This document shows, piece after piece, positions 23,871-24,345 of a stretch of DNA of 24,345 nt; positions within the stretch are counted from its first letter, which is position 1; each line of letters opens with the position of its first letter. The stretch lies in IMG/VR virus record IMGVR_UViG_3300033148_001615, positions 1-24,345 of that record. One strand, 5' to 3'. The translations under genes were made by a program, and so were the position numbers. The notes under the pieces were generated by a model, which searched no databases, was not told where the DNA came from, and saw only the letters and a program-made list of their open reading frames with translations. This DNA is from a virus. Its lineage: Duplodnaviria; Caudoviricetes.

Positions 23871-24289
23871 ATACAGTTAAGGCACTTAACATGCTAAAAG
23901 AAATATGCAGGAAAAACAAGATCAAGTTAGATTTAAAAATAAATAAAGACTACAGAAAGGAAGAAACATGGGAGTCAAGTGTTACTAGCATATACTACCC
24001 CTTTGCTATTAGGGTAATGGCTACTAATGACTTTGAGGGTACTATGATTTTAGCTCATGAACTAGGGCATGTCTTGACGGGTGGGATGTATGCTAGGACT
24101 TGGAGTCAAGAGGTAATAGACAATGAGTTTAGGGCTTCAAGGTGGGCGTTAAGATTTCTATGGAAGAATAAAGTAAGGGGTAGGAGGTTTAAGGCTGTTA
24201 AACTTACCTGTAGGGAGTGCTTAAAAAGTTATAAGGATGCTGTAGCTGAGTATAGCGACATAAGATCGAAAGAATTTTCTAGCTCTTAG
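23867..24289 (+). CDS. ImmA/IrrE-like zinc metallopeptidase
   Basis: ILAHELGHV (HExxH) plus downstream NEFRASRWA (ExxA) third-ligand helix; ATGA overlap. Confidence 0.75.
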   Translation: MNTVKALNMLKEICRKNKIKLDLKINKDYRKEETWESSVTSIYYPFAIRVMATNDFEGTMILAHELGHVLTGGMYARTWSQEVIDNEFRASRWALRFLWKNKVRGRRFKAVKLTCRECLKSYKDAVAEYSDIRSKEFSSS

Positions 24290-24345
24290 ACTTAAACTTC
24301 CTTTCAAAGGAGCGTATGTCTTTGTATTCTTTAAGTAGCAGTAGG

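Noticed and set aside
24298-24345. Hairpin covering AAGGAG before an ATG at 24316
   Set aside because: Short stem, SD only 3 nt from the ATG, and the frame is cut off by the window edge, so it cannot be evaluated.

Overview
Fragment of a tailed dsDNA phage genome with a podovirus-like (P22/N4-type) gene order and two divergent arms. Minus strand (~18070 to 1), the late/virion operon: three small ORFs, terminase small subunit, a small Zn-ribbon ORF, terminase large subunit, portal, scaffold, N4-gp56-type major capsid protein, a cassette of small beta-rich and coiled-coil proteins, an acidic fibre/spike-like protein, a LamG-domain protein, tail adaptor, probable tail nozzle, and probable ejection proteins (one or two apparently frameshifted). 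Plus strand (~18540 to the end): an early region of about 20 short ORFs driven by several near-consensus sigma70 promoters. It includes a candidate SAM lyase, a papain-like C-H-D protein, a glycosylase-like protein, a hexapeptide-repeat protein encoded by an 18-bp tandem array, and an ImmA/IrrE-like metallopeptidase. The most striking signal is that five genes in the virion module, including the probable tail nozzle and fibre, begin with classical Sec signal peptides and all have even mature cysteine counts, while capsid, scaffold, portal and adaptor lack such leaders. This suggests (inference) virion assembly split between the cytoplasm and an exported, disulfide-forming compartment. No tRNA, rRNA, CRISPR array, integrase or lysis gene was recognised. 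All family assignments are from motif recognition and gene order, not database searches.
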